This document shows, piece after piece, positions 55,488 through 64,000 of a stretch of DNA of 64,000 nt. The stretch comes from an uncultured Solirubrobacterales bacterium (lineage in GTDB: Bacteria > Actinomycetota > Thermoleophilia > Solirubrobacterales > 70-9): the NCBI GenBank assembly GCA_963740845.1, contig CAVUFM010000018.1:345056-409055 (forward strand), written 5' to 3'. The position numbers were made by a program, and so were the translations under genes. Below the pieces are notes generated by a model. It was not told the DNA's origin, did not search any database, and saw nothing but the letters and a program-made list of their open reading frames with translations. Within the stretch, counting starts at the first letter, position 1; each line of letters begins with the position of its first letter.

Positions 55488-55512
55488 CGGTGGTGGGGCG
55501 AGGTGGGGCGCT
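55488..55512. promoter_or_regulatory. possible MraZ-box-like direct repeats (GTGGG N5 GTGGG) in the mraZ upstream region
   Basis: ggtggtggggcgaggtggggcgc about 275 bp upstream of mraZ; also gtgaggtgggaggag at 55288..55302. The strand is opposite to mraZ and the match to MraZ boxes is speculative. Confidence 0.15.
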
Positions 55513-55724
55513 TCCTCTGCTGCAACGGCCCTTGCATCGCTCGATAGCCTGCTCGCCGATGGAAGCCGGATCGCAGCCCCCGCCCCCTTCCCCCGAGAGC
55601 GCGGAGTCCCAGGCACCGCCCGGGGAGATCGACCCCGCCGGCGTGGCTCCCTCCATCACCGCCGGCGCCGCTTGACGCCGACGACACCCGCGGGCTCCAC
55701 TTCGGCCGCCTCGCCAAGCACCCG

Positions 55725-56489
55725 GTGACGCTGAGCCTCGGCGCCGTCCTCGTGATCGGCGCGTTCGTCGGCGGCACGATCGGCGCGGGCGCCGCAGTCG
55801 GCGGCGGCGCCGCGTTCGCCGCGGTCCTGCTGGTGCTGCTGATCGTCTTCGTTCTCGCCTCGGGCGCGGCGAAGGAGGACTTCTTCTCCCACTACGCCAG
55901 TGCGCGCGGGCTCAACCGCGCCTCGGGCAAGTCGAGCCTGCCCCCGAGCACCCCGCTTCTGCGCAAGGGAGACCGCCGCTACGGCGAGCAGGTGATGAAC
56001 GGGACGCTGCCGGGCGGAGCCGCCGGCGCACTCGCCCTCTTCACCTACGAGGTGGACACGACCGACAGCGACGGCGATCGCGACACCGACTACTACCGCT
56101 ACACGGTCGTCATGCACGACGTCCCGGCCGTCGCCGCCAAGGTCTCCGACATCAACTGCCAGCGCCGCTCGGGCTTCCGCTTCATGGACGGCGCCGAGGA
56201 CGTCTTCCGCAAGATGCAGCGCCTCGAGCTCGAGAGCACCGTGCTCGACAAGGACTACGAGATCTTCTACGGCGCCCAGGACGACGAGGTCTGGATGAAG
56301 CGCCTCTTCTCCCCCAGCTTCATCGTCTGGATGACCGAGAAGGTTCCCGACGGCTTCGCCTGGGAGCTCTCCGCCGGGAGCCTCTGCGTCTACCGCCGCG
56401 GCCACTACGACAACGCCGCCGACCTCGACACGATCTGCGAGGCCGCCGGCCAGGTCGCCGCCCGGCTCGTCAAGGAAGCCGGCGAGTAG
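55725..56489 (+). CDS. hypothetical membrane-anchored protein
   Basis: N-terminal TM (LSLGAVLVIGAFVGGTIGAGAAVGGGAAFAAVLLVLLIVFVLA) then a soluble domain (...YEVDTTDSDGDRDTDYYRYTVVMHDVP...); no family recognised. Convergent with tadC. Confidence 0.5.
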   Translation: MTLSLGAVLVIGAFVGGTIGAGAAVGGGAAFAAVLLVLLIVFVLASGAAKEDFFSHYASARGLNRASGKSSLPPSTPLLRKGDRRYGEQVMNGTLPGGAAGALALFTYEVDTTDSDGDRDTDYYRYTVVMHDVPAVAAKVSDINCQRRSGFRFMDGAEDVFRKMQRLELESTVLDKDYEIFYGAQDDEVWMKRLFSPSFIVWMTEKVPDGFAWELSAGSLCVYRRGHYDNAADLDTICEAAGQVAARLVKEAGE

Positions 56490-56510
56490 CCCGAGGGACG
56501 CTCGCCCTCT

Positions 56511-57347
56511 CTAGAACGAGGGCAGGATCGAGCCGGAGTTGGCGAGGATCGCCGCCGCGACGATCAGCAGGACCGACGGGACGAGGAGCAGCGCGACGAC
56601 CAGCTGCATCTTCGGCGCGGCGCGGGCGGCGCTCTCGCCGATCGCCCGCCGCTGATCGTCCCGGAGCGACCCCGCCTGCTCGTGCAGCGCGCGGGACAAC
56701 GGTGCGCCATGGCGTCGCGAGCGCTCCAGGGCGGCGGCGACGGCGCCGAGGCTGTCGCCGCGCGAGCGTTCCCGGAGACCGCGCAGCGCCCGCTCCTGGG
56801 AATCGCCGCACTCGATCGCAGCCACGGTTCGCGCAAGCTCCTCGCGCAACGGCCCTCCGGCTCCCCGCATCGCGTCGCCGAGCAGGGTGCCGGGCCCGCG
56901 CCCAGACGAAGCTCCGGTGGCCATCAGGTCGAGTGCGTCCGGGAGGGCGGCCGCAACCCGAGCGCGGCGAATGCGCGCGGCACGCTCCAGCAGCAGGTCG
57001 GGGGCGAGGAACGCGGCCGCGGGCACGGCGACCACGACCAGGGTGCCCAGCCGCCCCGGCGCCACCGGCGCCGCCGCGAGGGCGAAGGGGAGCGAGAGGA
57101 GAACGGAGGCGAGCTTGGCGGCGAGGACGGCGGCGGGGCTGATGCGCGCCTCGAGCGCGGCGGCATCGATCCGGCCCTGAAGCGAGCCGAGCAGCGTCCC
57201 GGGATCGAGCGGGCCGCCGGTCCGCGCGGCGCCGCGACGCAGCTGCCGGCGCAGCTTCCGCCCGATGTCCTCACCCCGCTCCCCCGCGATCTGCCAGAGC
57301 GCAGCGGCGAGCAGGAGCGAGCAGACCGCGGCGAGGAGCGCGCTCAT
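56511..57347 (-). CDS. tadC: Tad/Flp pilus assembly inner-membrane protein (T2SS-F domain, TadC-like)
   Basis: T2SSF-type: ...ALRGLRERSRGDSLGAVAAALERSRRHGAPLSRALHEQAGSLRDDQRRAIGESAARAAPKMQLVVALLLVPSVLL. Confidence 0.65.
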   Translation of the reverse strand: MSALLAAVCSLLLAAALWQIAGERGEDIGRKLRRQLRRGAARTGGPLDPGTLLGSLQGRIDAAALEARISPAAVLAAKLASVLLSLPFALAAAPVAPGRLGTLVVVAVPAAAFLAPDLLLERAARIRRARVAAALPDALDLMATGASSGRGPGTLLGDAMRGAGGPLREELARTVAAIECGDSQERALRGLRERSRGDSLGAVAAALERSRRHGAPLSRALHEQAGSLRDDQRRAIGESAARAAPKMQLVVALLLVPSVLLIVAAAILANSGSILPSF

Positions 57348-58192
57348 GACCGGACCCGGCCGAGCCTGCGGATTGCGAGGAAGCCGCCGAGCTGAAGCGC
57401 TCCGGCCGTCGCGAGCAGGACGACGGCGACCGGGTTCGCGAGCATCCCGGCGACGAAGCCCGGCGAGATCAGCTCGACCATCAGCCCCATGAAGAGCGGC
57501 ATGGCGACGACCATGCCGCCGGTGAGCCTCGCCTGCGCCGTCGCGGATCGCGCCTCTCGCTCGGCGCGCTGACGCTGAGCGGCGGCCACGGCGTGACGAC
57601 GGAGAAGCGCGGCCAGGTCCCCGCCGGAGCGCTCCTGGGAGAGGATCGCGACGACCAGCGCCTCGACCCGATCCGACGGCACGCGGCGGGTCAGCCCGGC
57701 GAGCGCCTCCCGCGCGGGCATCCCGAGCTCGAGGTCAGCGCCGACCCGGGCGAGCTCGACCGCGGTCGGGCCGTCCGTCGCCGTCCCGGCGCCGAGGAGC
57801 GCCATGCGCAGGGAACCTCCGCCGGCAACGGCGTCGGCGATGCCCGCTGCGATCGCCGGTACGTCCCGCTCGACCCGGAGGCGATAGCGCCGCTGCCGGT
57901 GGGCGACCGCCCAGCCCGCAACCGCGGGGCCGGCGACCGCGATGCCGGCCATCGGCCCGATCCCGGCGACCATGATCGCCACGAGGCCGAGGCCGATCCC
58001 GGCGACGACGCCGAGCCGCTGCCGCTCGGGCTCGGTCGGCACCCGGTTCTCGCGCCCGGCAAGCGCAAGGGTCCGGGCCGCCGCCTCGACCTGGCGCAGG
58101 ATGAACGGCATCGTCGCCACCGCCTCCCGCAGCGCGATCGCGACGGCGCCGCCGCCGATCGCCGCGAGCAGGATCGGGAGGGCGGCGCTCAC
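57344..58192 (-). CDS. tadB: Tad/Flp pilus assembly inner-membrane protein (T2SS-F domain, TadB-like)
   Basis: ...ALAGLTRRVPSDRVEALVVAILSQERSGGDLAALLRRHAVAAAQRQRAEREARSATAQARLTGGMVVAMPLFMGLMV. Confidence 0.65.
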   Translation of the reverse strand: MSAALPILLAAIGGGAVAIALREAVATMPFILRQVEAAARTLALAGRENRVPTEPERQRLGVVAGIGLGLVAIMVAGIGPMAGIAVAGPAVAGWAVAHRQRRYRLRVERDVPAIAAGIADAVAGGGSLRMALLGAGTATDGPTAVELARVGADLELGMPAREALAGLTRRVPSDRVEALVVAILSQERSGGDLAALLRRHAVAAAQRQRAEREARSATAQARLTGGMVVAMPLFMGLMVELISPGFVAGMLANPVAVVLLATAGALQLGGFLAIRRLGRVRS

Positions 58193-59334
58193 CCGGCCTC
58201 CGCCGGGCGGACCCAGAGCTCTCGCACGGCCGGCATCCCCGCCACCCGCACCACCTCCGAAAGCGCGACGGCGTGGCGGGCGCCCCGGGGCCCGCGCTCG
58301 AGATGGAGGACGAGGTCGATGGCGCCGGCGAGCTGGTCGCGAACGACCTCGTGGGGAACGCCGAGGCCGGCCATCATCGCCAGGGTCTCGATTCGCCGCA
58401 GCGCATCCTCCGGTCCGTTCGCGTGAACCGTCGAGAGGGCGCCGCGATGGCCGGTGTTGAGCGCCACGAGCAGGTCCATGGCCTCGCCTCCCCTGACCTC
58501 GCCGATGACGATGCGGTCCGGTCGCATCCGCAGCGAGTTCCGCACGAGATCCCGGATCGAGACCTCACCGGAGCCCTCGATCCCCGGCGGGCGGCTCTCG
58601 AGCCGGACGACGTGCGGCTGGCGCAGGCTGAGCTCGGCTGCGTCCTCGATCGTGATGATCCGCTCGCCCGGCTCGATGAAGGACGAGAGCGCGTTGAGGA
58701 CGGTCGTCTTCCCCGAGCCCGTGCCGCCGCTGACGATCAGGTTGCGGTGCTCGCCGACCGCCTCGCGGAGGCGCTCGAGGAGCTCGGCGTCGAAGGTGCC
58801 GCGCCGGAGCAGCTCGGCGGGGTCGGGCCGCAGGCCCGCGAAGCGCCGGATGGAGAGGGCCGGGCCCTCGACCGCGAGCGGCGGGATCACGACGTTGACC
58901 CGGGAGCCGTCGGCAAGGCGGCCGTCGGCCATCGGGCTGAGCTCGTCGACGCGACGACCGATCGGCCCGAGGACCCGTTCGATCACGTCGCGGAGCTGCG
59001 ACTCGTCGGCGAACGCGACGTCGGTGCGCACGAGCCGGCCGCGCCGCTCGATCCAGACCTCCTCGTGACCGTTGACCATCACCTCCTCGACCTCGGGATC
59101 GCGAAGCAGCTCCTCGAGCGGGCCGAGCCCGACCGTGTCGCGCAGCACGCGGTCGGCGAGCTCATCGCGTCGCTCGGGCGACAGGAGCGCGGCATGCTCG
59201 TCGACGATGCCGCGAACGGCCTCGGGCAGCTCGGTCCGCTCGCGCGTGCCCGCGACTGCGGCGGCGCGGCGCTGCTCGACCAGCCGCCCACGCAAATCGC
59301 CCGAGAGGATCTCGACGTGATCGATGGGACTCAC
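58189..59334 (-). CDS. cpaF: CpaF/TadA-type secretion ATPase (type II/IV secretion NTPase)
   Basis: ...HRNLIVSGGTGSGKTTVLNALSSFIEPGERIITIEDAAELSL... Walker A and B, ...GHRGALSTVHANGPEDAL...; 381 aa. Confidence 0.9.
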   Translation of the reverse strand: MSPIDHVEILSGDLRGRLVEQRRAAAVAGTRERTELPEAVRGIVDEHAALLSPERRDELADRVLRDTVGLGPLEELLRDPEVEEVMVNGHEEVWIERRGRLVRTDVAFADESQLRDVIERVLGPIGRRVDELSPMADGRLADGSRVNVVIPPLAVEGPALSIRRFAGLRPDPAELLRRGTFDAELLERLREAVGEHRNLIVSGGTGSGKTTVLNALSSFIEPGERIITIEDAAELSLRQPHVVRLESRPPGIEGSGEVSIRDLVRNSLRMRPDRIVIGEVRGGEAMDLLVALNTGHRGALSTVHANGPEDALRRIETLAMMAGLGVPHEVVRDQLAGAIDLVLHLERGPRGARHAVALSEVVRVAGMPAVRELWVRPAEAG

Positions 59335-59399
59335 GCCTCCCAGAACCCCGGCGGATGCCGAGGCGCCCCCCGCAACTCGAGGCGCCTATCCTCGAGAGC

Positions 59400-59919
59400 G
59401 ATGGCTCAGGTCGAAGTCCTCGACACCGACATCACGACGCTGGAGGTCGATGCGATCGCCAACGCGGCGAACACGCAGCTCATCCACGGCGGCGGCGTCG
59501 CCGGAGCGATCTCACGCGCCGCGGGGCCTGAGCTCGACCGCGAGAGCGAAGCGAAGGCGCCGATCGGCCTCGGGGAGGCGGTCGAGACGACCGCCGGCGA
59601 GATGCCGTGCCGATGGGTCATCCATGCGGCGACCATGGAGCTCGGAGGCCCGACCTCGGCGGAGATCATCGGCCGCGCGACGGCATCGACCCTCGTCCGC
59701 GCCGACGCGATCGGCGCGACGTCCCTCGCGCTCGTCGCCTTCGGCACCGGCGTCGGCGGCTTCCCGCTCGGCGAGGCGGCGCGGATCGAAGCCGCCGAGC
59801 TGGCTCGTCATCTCGCCGCAGGATCGGGGCTCGAGCGCGTCGTCTTCGCCGTCCGCGGCGACGAGGCGCGGGAGGCGTTCGAGCGCGCCGTCGCGGACGC
59901 CGGTCTCGCGGCCGGCTGA
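59400..59919 (+). CDS. macro domain protein (O-acetyl-ADP-ribose deacetylase / ADP-ribose-binding)
   Basis: MAQVEVLDTDITTLEVDAIANAANTQLIHGGGVAGAISRAAGPEL...WVIHAATME... macro motifs. It is the only plus-strand gene inside the Tad-like locus. Confidence 0.85.
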
Positions 59920-59928
59920 CTCTCATCG

Positions 59929-60590
59929 CTAACCCGCCGGGATCAACCGCACCTCGCGGGCGAAGTTCTCCGCCTCGATCAGCTCGAGCGCCTGCTCCCT
60001 GCTCAGCGCGAGCGTCGCGCTCCAGCTGTCACCCCCGACGGCGGCCTCCTCCGGATCGGCGGGCTCGAGCGCGATCAGCCGGACGCCCTCGGCGGCGACC
60101 CTGACCCGGGCGCGGCCGCCGGTAACCGGCTCCCCCGCGACGACCACGTCGACCCGTGCGCCAGGCGCGCCCGCGACCGAGGTGAGCGCTCCGGCGCCGG
60201 TGACGACGATCTCGACCGGGCTGAGGTCGCCGCCGAGCTCCGGTCCCGCGGGCTCGGGGCCACCGGGTAGCCGCAGGTGCGATGCGAGCAGGTAGGAGCC
60301 GGCGGGGATCGGCGCGAGAACCTTGCGGCCCAGCGCCTCGCCGGGATCGATCAGCGCATCGGGCGGTGCGAAGCGGACGGGTACCTCGCGAAGCTCCAGC
60401 GAGCGATCGAGCCGTCCGCTTGCTCAGCGGCCGCCCCGGCTCGAGCGTCTCGGCGACGACGACCACCGTCCGCAGCTCCCCGAGCTGGGCGTCGACGCTG
60501 TCGCGGTAGCCGGAGGCGATGCTCGCCGAGGCGACCGCGCAGAGAACGGCGAGGGTCGCGAAGCCGATCGCCTTCCCGCGTCTGCTCACC
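59929..60590 (-). CDS. cpaB: Flp pilus assembly protein CpaB/RcpC-like (SAF domain), frame-split
   Basis: N-terminus ...RRGKAIGFATLAVLCAVASASIASGYRDSVDAQLGELRTVVVVAETLEPGRP (ORF 60029..61036 frame). C-terminus ...RVRVAAEGVRLIALEPADPEEAAVGGDSWSATLALSREQALELIEAENFAREVRLIPAG* (ORF 59929..60147). Confidence 0.55.
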
Positions 60591-60639
60591 GCGGCGCTGG
60601 TTCCTCGGGCGCCGGGAGCGACAGCGCCGCGACCGTGCC

Positions 60640-61262
60640 CCCGCCCGCGAGGCGGCGCGGGAGCGAGCAGCGTGCCGCCGTGCTCGGCCGCCGTCATCGC
60701 CGCCACCGCGAGGCCGTGCCCGCGGCGAGGGTCGCGCGGCTCGGCGGGTGAGAGCCGGCCGCGAGCCACCGTCGCGAACCTCGAAGCGGACCGCTCCCGA
60801 CGAGGACATCGCCCTGACGCTGACGTCCCCCTCCCCGTGCTCGACCGCGTTCGCGACGAGGTTGTCGAGGGCGGCTCCCAGGGTGGCCGGATCCGCGTCG
60901 AGGCAACGCCCGGCGACGGGCGCGGAGACGTGCACGCCGGCGAAGCGCCAGCGGTCCTCGAGCGCCTCGGTGATCTGACCGATCGCCGTTCGCACCGGCG
61001 TCCGCGCGAGCACGCGGCGGTTGATGGCGGCGTCAAGCTCCTCGAGCGCGCCGCGCGCCTGCTCCAGGCAGGCGCCGGCGCAGACGAGATCAGGGTGCTC
61101 GCCCTCGATCGAGAGCGAGATGGATTGCAGGGGCCGGCGCAGCTCGTGCATCGCCCGGTTCAGCCGGACGGCGCGGCGCAGGGCGACGACGACGCGTGCG
61201 ATCTCGATCGCGGCAACCGCGAGCACGAGCAGCGGCACGATCACCTGAGCTCCGGCGCTCAA
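60640..61262 (-). CDS. small membrane-anchored histidine kinase (single TM + HisKA + HATPase_c); TTG start overlaps the regulator stop; 3' boundary approximate
   Basis: ...LSAGAQVIVPLLVLAVAAIEIARVVVALRRAVRLNRAMHELRRPLQSISLSIEG...LDNLVANAVEHGEGDVSVRAMSSSGAVRFEVRDGG... inside ORF 60351..62315. Confidence 0.65.
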
Positions 61263-61975
61263 GGCGATCCCTCCACGAGGCGGTACCCCACCCCCCAGCA
61301 GTTGACGACGAAGCGCCCGCCCGGATCGAGCTTGCGGCGCAGGCGGCTTGCGTGCGAGTCCAGCGTCCGGGTGCGTCCCAGCGTCTGGTAGCCCCAGACC
61401 TCGTGCAGGAGCTCGGACTTGGTGAAGACCGTCTGCGGCTCGCGAGCCAGCGCGCGCAGGAGCTCGAACTCCTTGTTGGCGAGCTCCACCCTCCGGCCCG
61501 CCACCTCCACCGCGCGCGAGGCGAAGTCGATGCTGAGCTCGCCGATCCGCGTCGGGCCGGTGCGCGCGCGGCCCCGGCCCTCGATGAGGTTGCGGAGCCT
61601 GATCAGGAGCTCCCCGTACGCGTAGGGCTTCGCCAGGTAGTCGTCGGCGCCCTCGCTGAGGCCGCGGATTCGCTCGTTCTCCCCGCTGCGGCCCGAGAGG
61701 ATCAGGATCGGCAGGCCCGCGTCGAAGAGCGGCGCGACGTCGTCGCTGCCGCGGATCTCCCGCATCACGTCGAGGCCGGAGGCGTCGGGAAGCCCGAGGT
61801 CGAGGAGGAGCGCGTCGGGAGCGTGGTAGCGGCAGAGCCGCAGCGCCTCCTCCGCGGTCGCCGCCGGGATCGCCGTGAACCGGTCCTCGGCGAGGTTGCG
61901 GCAGAGCTGGGAGCGGGTGTCCTCGTCGTCCTCGCAGACGACGACCGCGGCGAGCTTGGGGACGTTGGGGAGCAT
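61259..61975 (-). CDS. OmpR-family response regulator
   Basis: Receiver domain (VVVCEDDEDTRSQLCRNL...ALLLDLGLPDASGLDV...ILSGRSGENERIRGLSEGADDYLAKP) plus winged HTH (...LANKEFELLRALAREPQTVFTKSELLHEVWGY...). Confidence 0.9.
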   Translation of the reverse strand: MLPNVPKLAAVVVCEDDEDTRSQLCRNLAEDRFTAIPAATAEEALRLCRYHAPDALLLDLGLPDASGLDVMREIRGSDDVAPLFDAGLPILILSGRSGENERIRGLSEGADDYLAKPYAYGELLIRLRNLIEGRGRARTGPTRIGELSIDFASRAVEVAGRRVELANKEFELLRALAREPQTVFTKSELLHEVWGYQTLGRTRTLDSHASRLRRKLDPGGRFVVNCWGVGYRLVEGSP

Positions 61976-61981
61976 GTCCCT

Positions 61982-62315
61982 CTAGACCCCGCGGCCGGTC
62001 GTGGCGCCCCCCGCGGGCAGCTCCAGGACCGACGACGGCGGCAGCTTCGCGCGCGAAGCGCAGCGGCCGCAGCCTGACGCGGCGGATCTCCAGCCCCTCC
62101 CGGTCGAGGAACACGACGTCGATCGGGAATCGCATCCCGAACGTGTGGACGGATCGGCATCGCGGCAGGAGCAGCCCGGGCCCGGCGCGGTCGCGGCGCA
62201 GGAGCGCCAGACCGAGCAGGCGCGTGCGGAACGTGGTCGCCAGCGGGACGGCGACACCGAGCGCCCAGCCCCTCGGTGAGGAGGCGAAGCGGCGGGGCAT
62301 CGGCGGTAGGCTCAC
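61982..62315 (-). CDS. DUF192 family protein (common in Tad loci), frame-split
   Basis: VSLPPMPRRFASSPRGWALGVAVPLATTFRTRLLGLALLRRDRAGPGLLLPRCRSVHTFGMRFPIDVVFLDREGLEIRRVRLRPLRFA... then ...SSVLELPAGGATTGRGV* in ORF 61982..62257. GTG start with GAGGAGG upstream. Confidence 0.5.
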
Positions 62316-62509
62316 ACCTCCTCAATCCCGGCGAGCGTTTCCAAGCCCCGGCCCGACCGCCTAGCCGTCGACGCCGACCTCCGCTTTCCTCCCCGGGCTT
62401 TTTGGGTGCAAGCCTGCGTTCACCGAGGGGGTCTCGGCCCTCCCCGCGACGGGGCTTCGGACAACATGGTCCGCCCGCCCGCTGAACCAGCCCGGCGGCG
62501 TTTCGTCCC

Positions 62510-62974
62510 ATGGAAAGAGCTACACGCAGAGGCAACTACGAGTCGGGCTCCGACTACGTCCTCGAGTACGGGGAGCTTCGCTTTGCCTTCAACGAGAACG
62601 ACTTCAGCCAGCGGGTCGAGCAGGCCGCGGTGAAGCTCGACTTCACCCACCCGGGCCTCGGCACCGAGGAGCTGCACGACCTCGTCGAGCTCGCCGTGAA
62701 CGGTGAGATCCGCGAGCCGGCCTCCTCCCTCGGCGAGCACGTCAACGAGAACTGGGGCGAGCTCGTGGACGGCTCCCAGCGCAGCCTCGTCCACTGGATC
62801 CGCCGTCTCGTCTTCCGCGGCGCCTGGCTCGACCAGCGGGTCAAGGAAGGCGAGCTGGACATCGTCTTCGACGACAGCACCAACACCTTCGGCTACGTGC
62901 AGCCGGACCGCGACTGCGAGCCGATCGAGCTCTCACGCGAGCCCTCCTGGGGCACCCTCGCCTACCGCCGTTAG
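62510..62974 (+). CDS. hypothetical acidic protein (154 aa)
   Basis: MERATRRGNYESGSDYVLEYGELRFAFNENDFSQRVEQAAVKLDFTHPGLGTEELHDLVELAVNGEIREP...; no family recognised; terminator hairpin downstream. Confidence 0.45.
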   Translation: MERATRRGNYESGSDYVLEYGELRFAFNENDFSQRVEQAAVKLDFTHPGLGTEELHDLVELAVNGEIREPASSLGEHVNENWGELVDGSQRSLVHWIRRLVFRGAWLDQRVKEGELDIVFDDSTNTFGYVQPDRDCEPIELSREPSWGTLAYRR

Positions 62975-63013
62975 CTGACGGGTCAGCGCGGCCCTGCCGA
63001 GCGGCCTGGACTA

Positions 63014-63040
63014 CGTCCCGTGGTCCACATGGGACCACAG
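63014..63040. terminator. bidirectional terminator hairpin between the convergent 62510..62974 gene and the nfeD-like gene
   Basis: cgtggtcc-acat-gggaccacagg; perfect 7-bp stem GTGGTCC/GGACCAC with a 4-5 nt loop. Confidence 0.5.
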
Positions 63041-63075
63041 GACGTCGCGCAGGTCCCCTGCGACGCCCTTCGTCC

Positions 63076-63411
63076 CTAGCGCGGCTCGGCCTCCGGCATC
63101 GGCTCGACCGTCAGCGTCAGGCCGTCCACCTTCGCCACCTCGACCGCCTCCCCCACGGCGGCGCCCTCGGCGCAGATCGCCGTCCAGATCTCGCCCATCA
63201 GCTTGACCCGGCCGTTCGGCTCGCACGCCTCGATCACCTGCGCTCGCTGGCCGACCAGGCCCTCGGCGCCCGTGGTGACGCGGATCCGCTTCAGGTAGCG
63301 GGTCCAGAAGACCGCCTCGCCGATCTCGAGGACCGCGCCCACGGCCAGGGCGATCACCCCGAGCGGGGGATCGATCAGTGCGAAGGCGACGAACCCGGCG
63401 ACGAGCGCCAT
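63076..63411 (-). CDS. NfeD-like membrane protein (C-terminal OB-fold)
   Basis: MALVAGFVAFALIDPPLGVIALAVGAVLEIGEAVFWTRYL... then an OB-like ...GQRAQVIEACEPNGRVKLMGEIWTAICAEGAAVGEAVEVAKVDGLTLTVEP. Confidence 0.55.
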   Translation of the reverse strand: MALVAGFVAFALIDPPLGVIALAVGAVLEIGEAVFWTRYLKRIRVTTGAEGLVGQRAQVIEACEPNGRVKLMGEIWTAICAEGAAVGEAVEVAKVDGLTLTVEPMPEAEPR

Positions 63412-63429
63412 ACGTTCACCCCGAGCAGA

Positions 63430-64000
63430 TCAGCCCAGGGAAGAAAGCAGCGCCGCGTTGTCGGGTGCCGAGTCGAGCCGCTCCCGCAGCTTCGCAACGG
63501 CCTCGGCCGGCGGCAGGCCCGCCAGCTCGGCGCGCAGCGCCCGCGCGGCGGCCAGCTCGGCCTCCTCGCGCACGTGCTCCTCGCCGGCGACCCGGCTCGC
63601 GGCCGGGTTGATCGCCGGGAACGTGCCGGCGGCGGCGAGCTCGCGATCGAGCGTGATCCGAGAGCTCTCGGTGGTGTCGAGCGCCCGCAGGACGCCGCCC
63701 TCGTCGTCGCCGTCGGCGAGCGCCGTGGCGATGACCGTCAGCGAACCGACGCCCTCCTCCTCGGTGTCGCGGCCGGCGCCGAAGATCGGCTTGACGCGAT
63801 CGGGGTCGTCGGCGGCGGCGGCGATCCGCGAGAGCGAGTCGACCAGCAGGACGACGTCGCCGCCGCGCTCCGCCTGGCGGCTCGCCCGGCCGAAGGCCAG
63901 CTCCACCAGCCGCAGCTGCTCGCCGGATCGCATGTCGGCGGTCGCGATCGCAAGCGCCTCCTCGGGCACGCGTTCCTTCCACTCGGCGACCTCCTCGGGC
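63430..64000 (-). CDS. rho: transcription termination factor Rho, C-terminal part (5' end beyond window)
   Basis: ...GGDVVLLVDSLSRIAAA (Walker B, matches KDVIILLDSITRLARA), FGAGRDTEEEGVGSLTVIATALADGDDEGG (matches [25 protein letters not shown]), ...TFPAINPAASRV..., tail ...AEAVAKLRERLDSAPDNAALLSSLG*. Confidence 0.75.
   Translation of the reverse strand, partial: PEEVAEWKERVPEEALAIATADMRSGEQLRLVELAFGRASRQAERGGDVVLLVDSLSRIAAAADDPDRVKPIFGAGRDTEEEGVGSLTVIATALADGDDEGGVLRALDTTESSRITLDRELAAAGTFPAINPAASRVAGEEHVREEAELAAARALRAELAGLPPAEAVAKLRERLDSAPDNAALLSSLG

Noticed and set aside
59400-59919. Macro-domain gene as the DarG antitoxin of a DarTG toxin-antitoxin pair
   Set aside because: The protein is only about 173 aa (macro domain alone) and no DarT (DUF4433) partner ORF is adjacent.
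62316-62509. Flp pilin gene upstream of DUF192 or elsewhere in the Tad-like locus
   Set aside because: Hand translation of the spacer gives only low-complexity peptides with no hydrophobic G-x4-EY pilin motif; a pilin may still exist as an unlisted ORF under 60 aa elsewhere.
63430-64000. Alternative call of the terminal ORF as an F1/V-type or flagellar/T3SS ATPase beta-like subunit
   Set aside because: The FGAGRDTEEEGVGSLTVIATALADGDDEGG block and C-terminal tail align much better with Rho ([25 protein letters not shown] ... DAMEFLINKLAMTKTNDDF) than with F1-beta or FliI.

Overview
High-GC (about 70-72%) actinobacterial-type chromosomal segment, mostly core genes on the minus strand. Left to right: metK; an aromatic amino-acid supercluster (der-cmk-aroA-tyrA-DAHP synthase-aminotransferase-aroH); rluB; scpAB; a MoxR/DUF58/transglutaminase triad; trpS; a small accessory island (DJ-1/PfpI, GlxA-type AraC regulator, anchored secreted protein, Ku plus stand-alone LigD polymerase domain, repeat/PKD secreted protein, PAS-EAL sensor, NTF2-like, MocR regulator, two small unknown ORFs); a flotillin gene apparently co-operonic with a complete split-P glycine cleavage operon (gcvT-H-PA-PB); a complete dcw cluster (mraZ-rsmH-ftsL-ftsI-murE-murF-mraY-murD-ftsW-murG-murC-murB-ftsQ-ftsZ, with no ftsA or ddl); a compact atypical Tad/Flp-like pilus locus with an embedded two-component system, a macro-domain gene and DUF192; then nfeD-like and the 3' end of rho. 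Two general caveats apply. At least 25 genes are split across frames by apparent 1-nt indels (about one per 2-3 kb), which looks like assembly/sequencing error rather than biology. The many long overlapping ORFs in the track are mostly GC-driven artefacts. The most unusual non-coding feature is a family of paired about 30-bp palindromic units found in three intergenic regions, including one inserted inside the dcw operon between mraY and murD, plus a 2 x 35 bp tandem repeat between ftsI and murE. No known defence system, CRISPR array, tRNA, rRNA or classical mobile element was seen. Gene boundaries near frameshifts are approximate.
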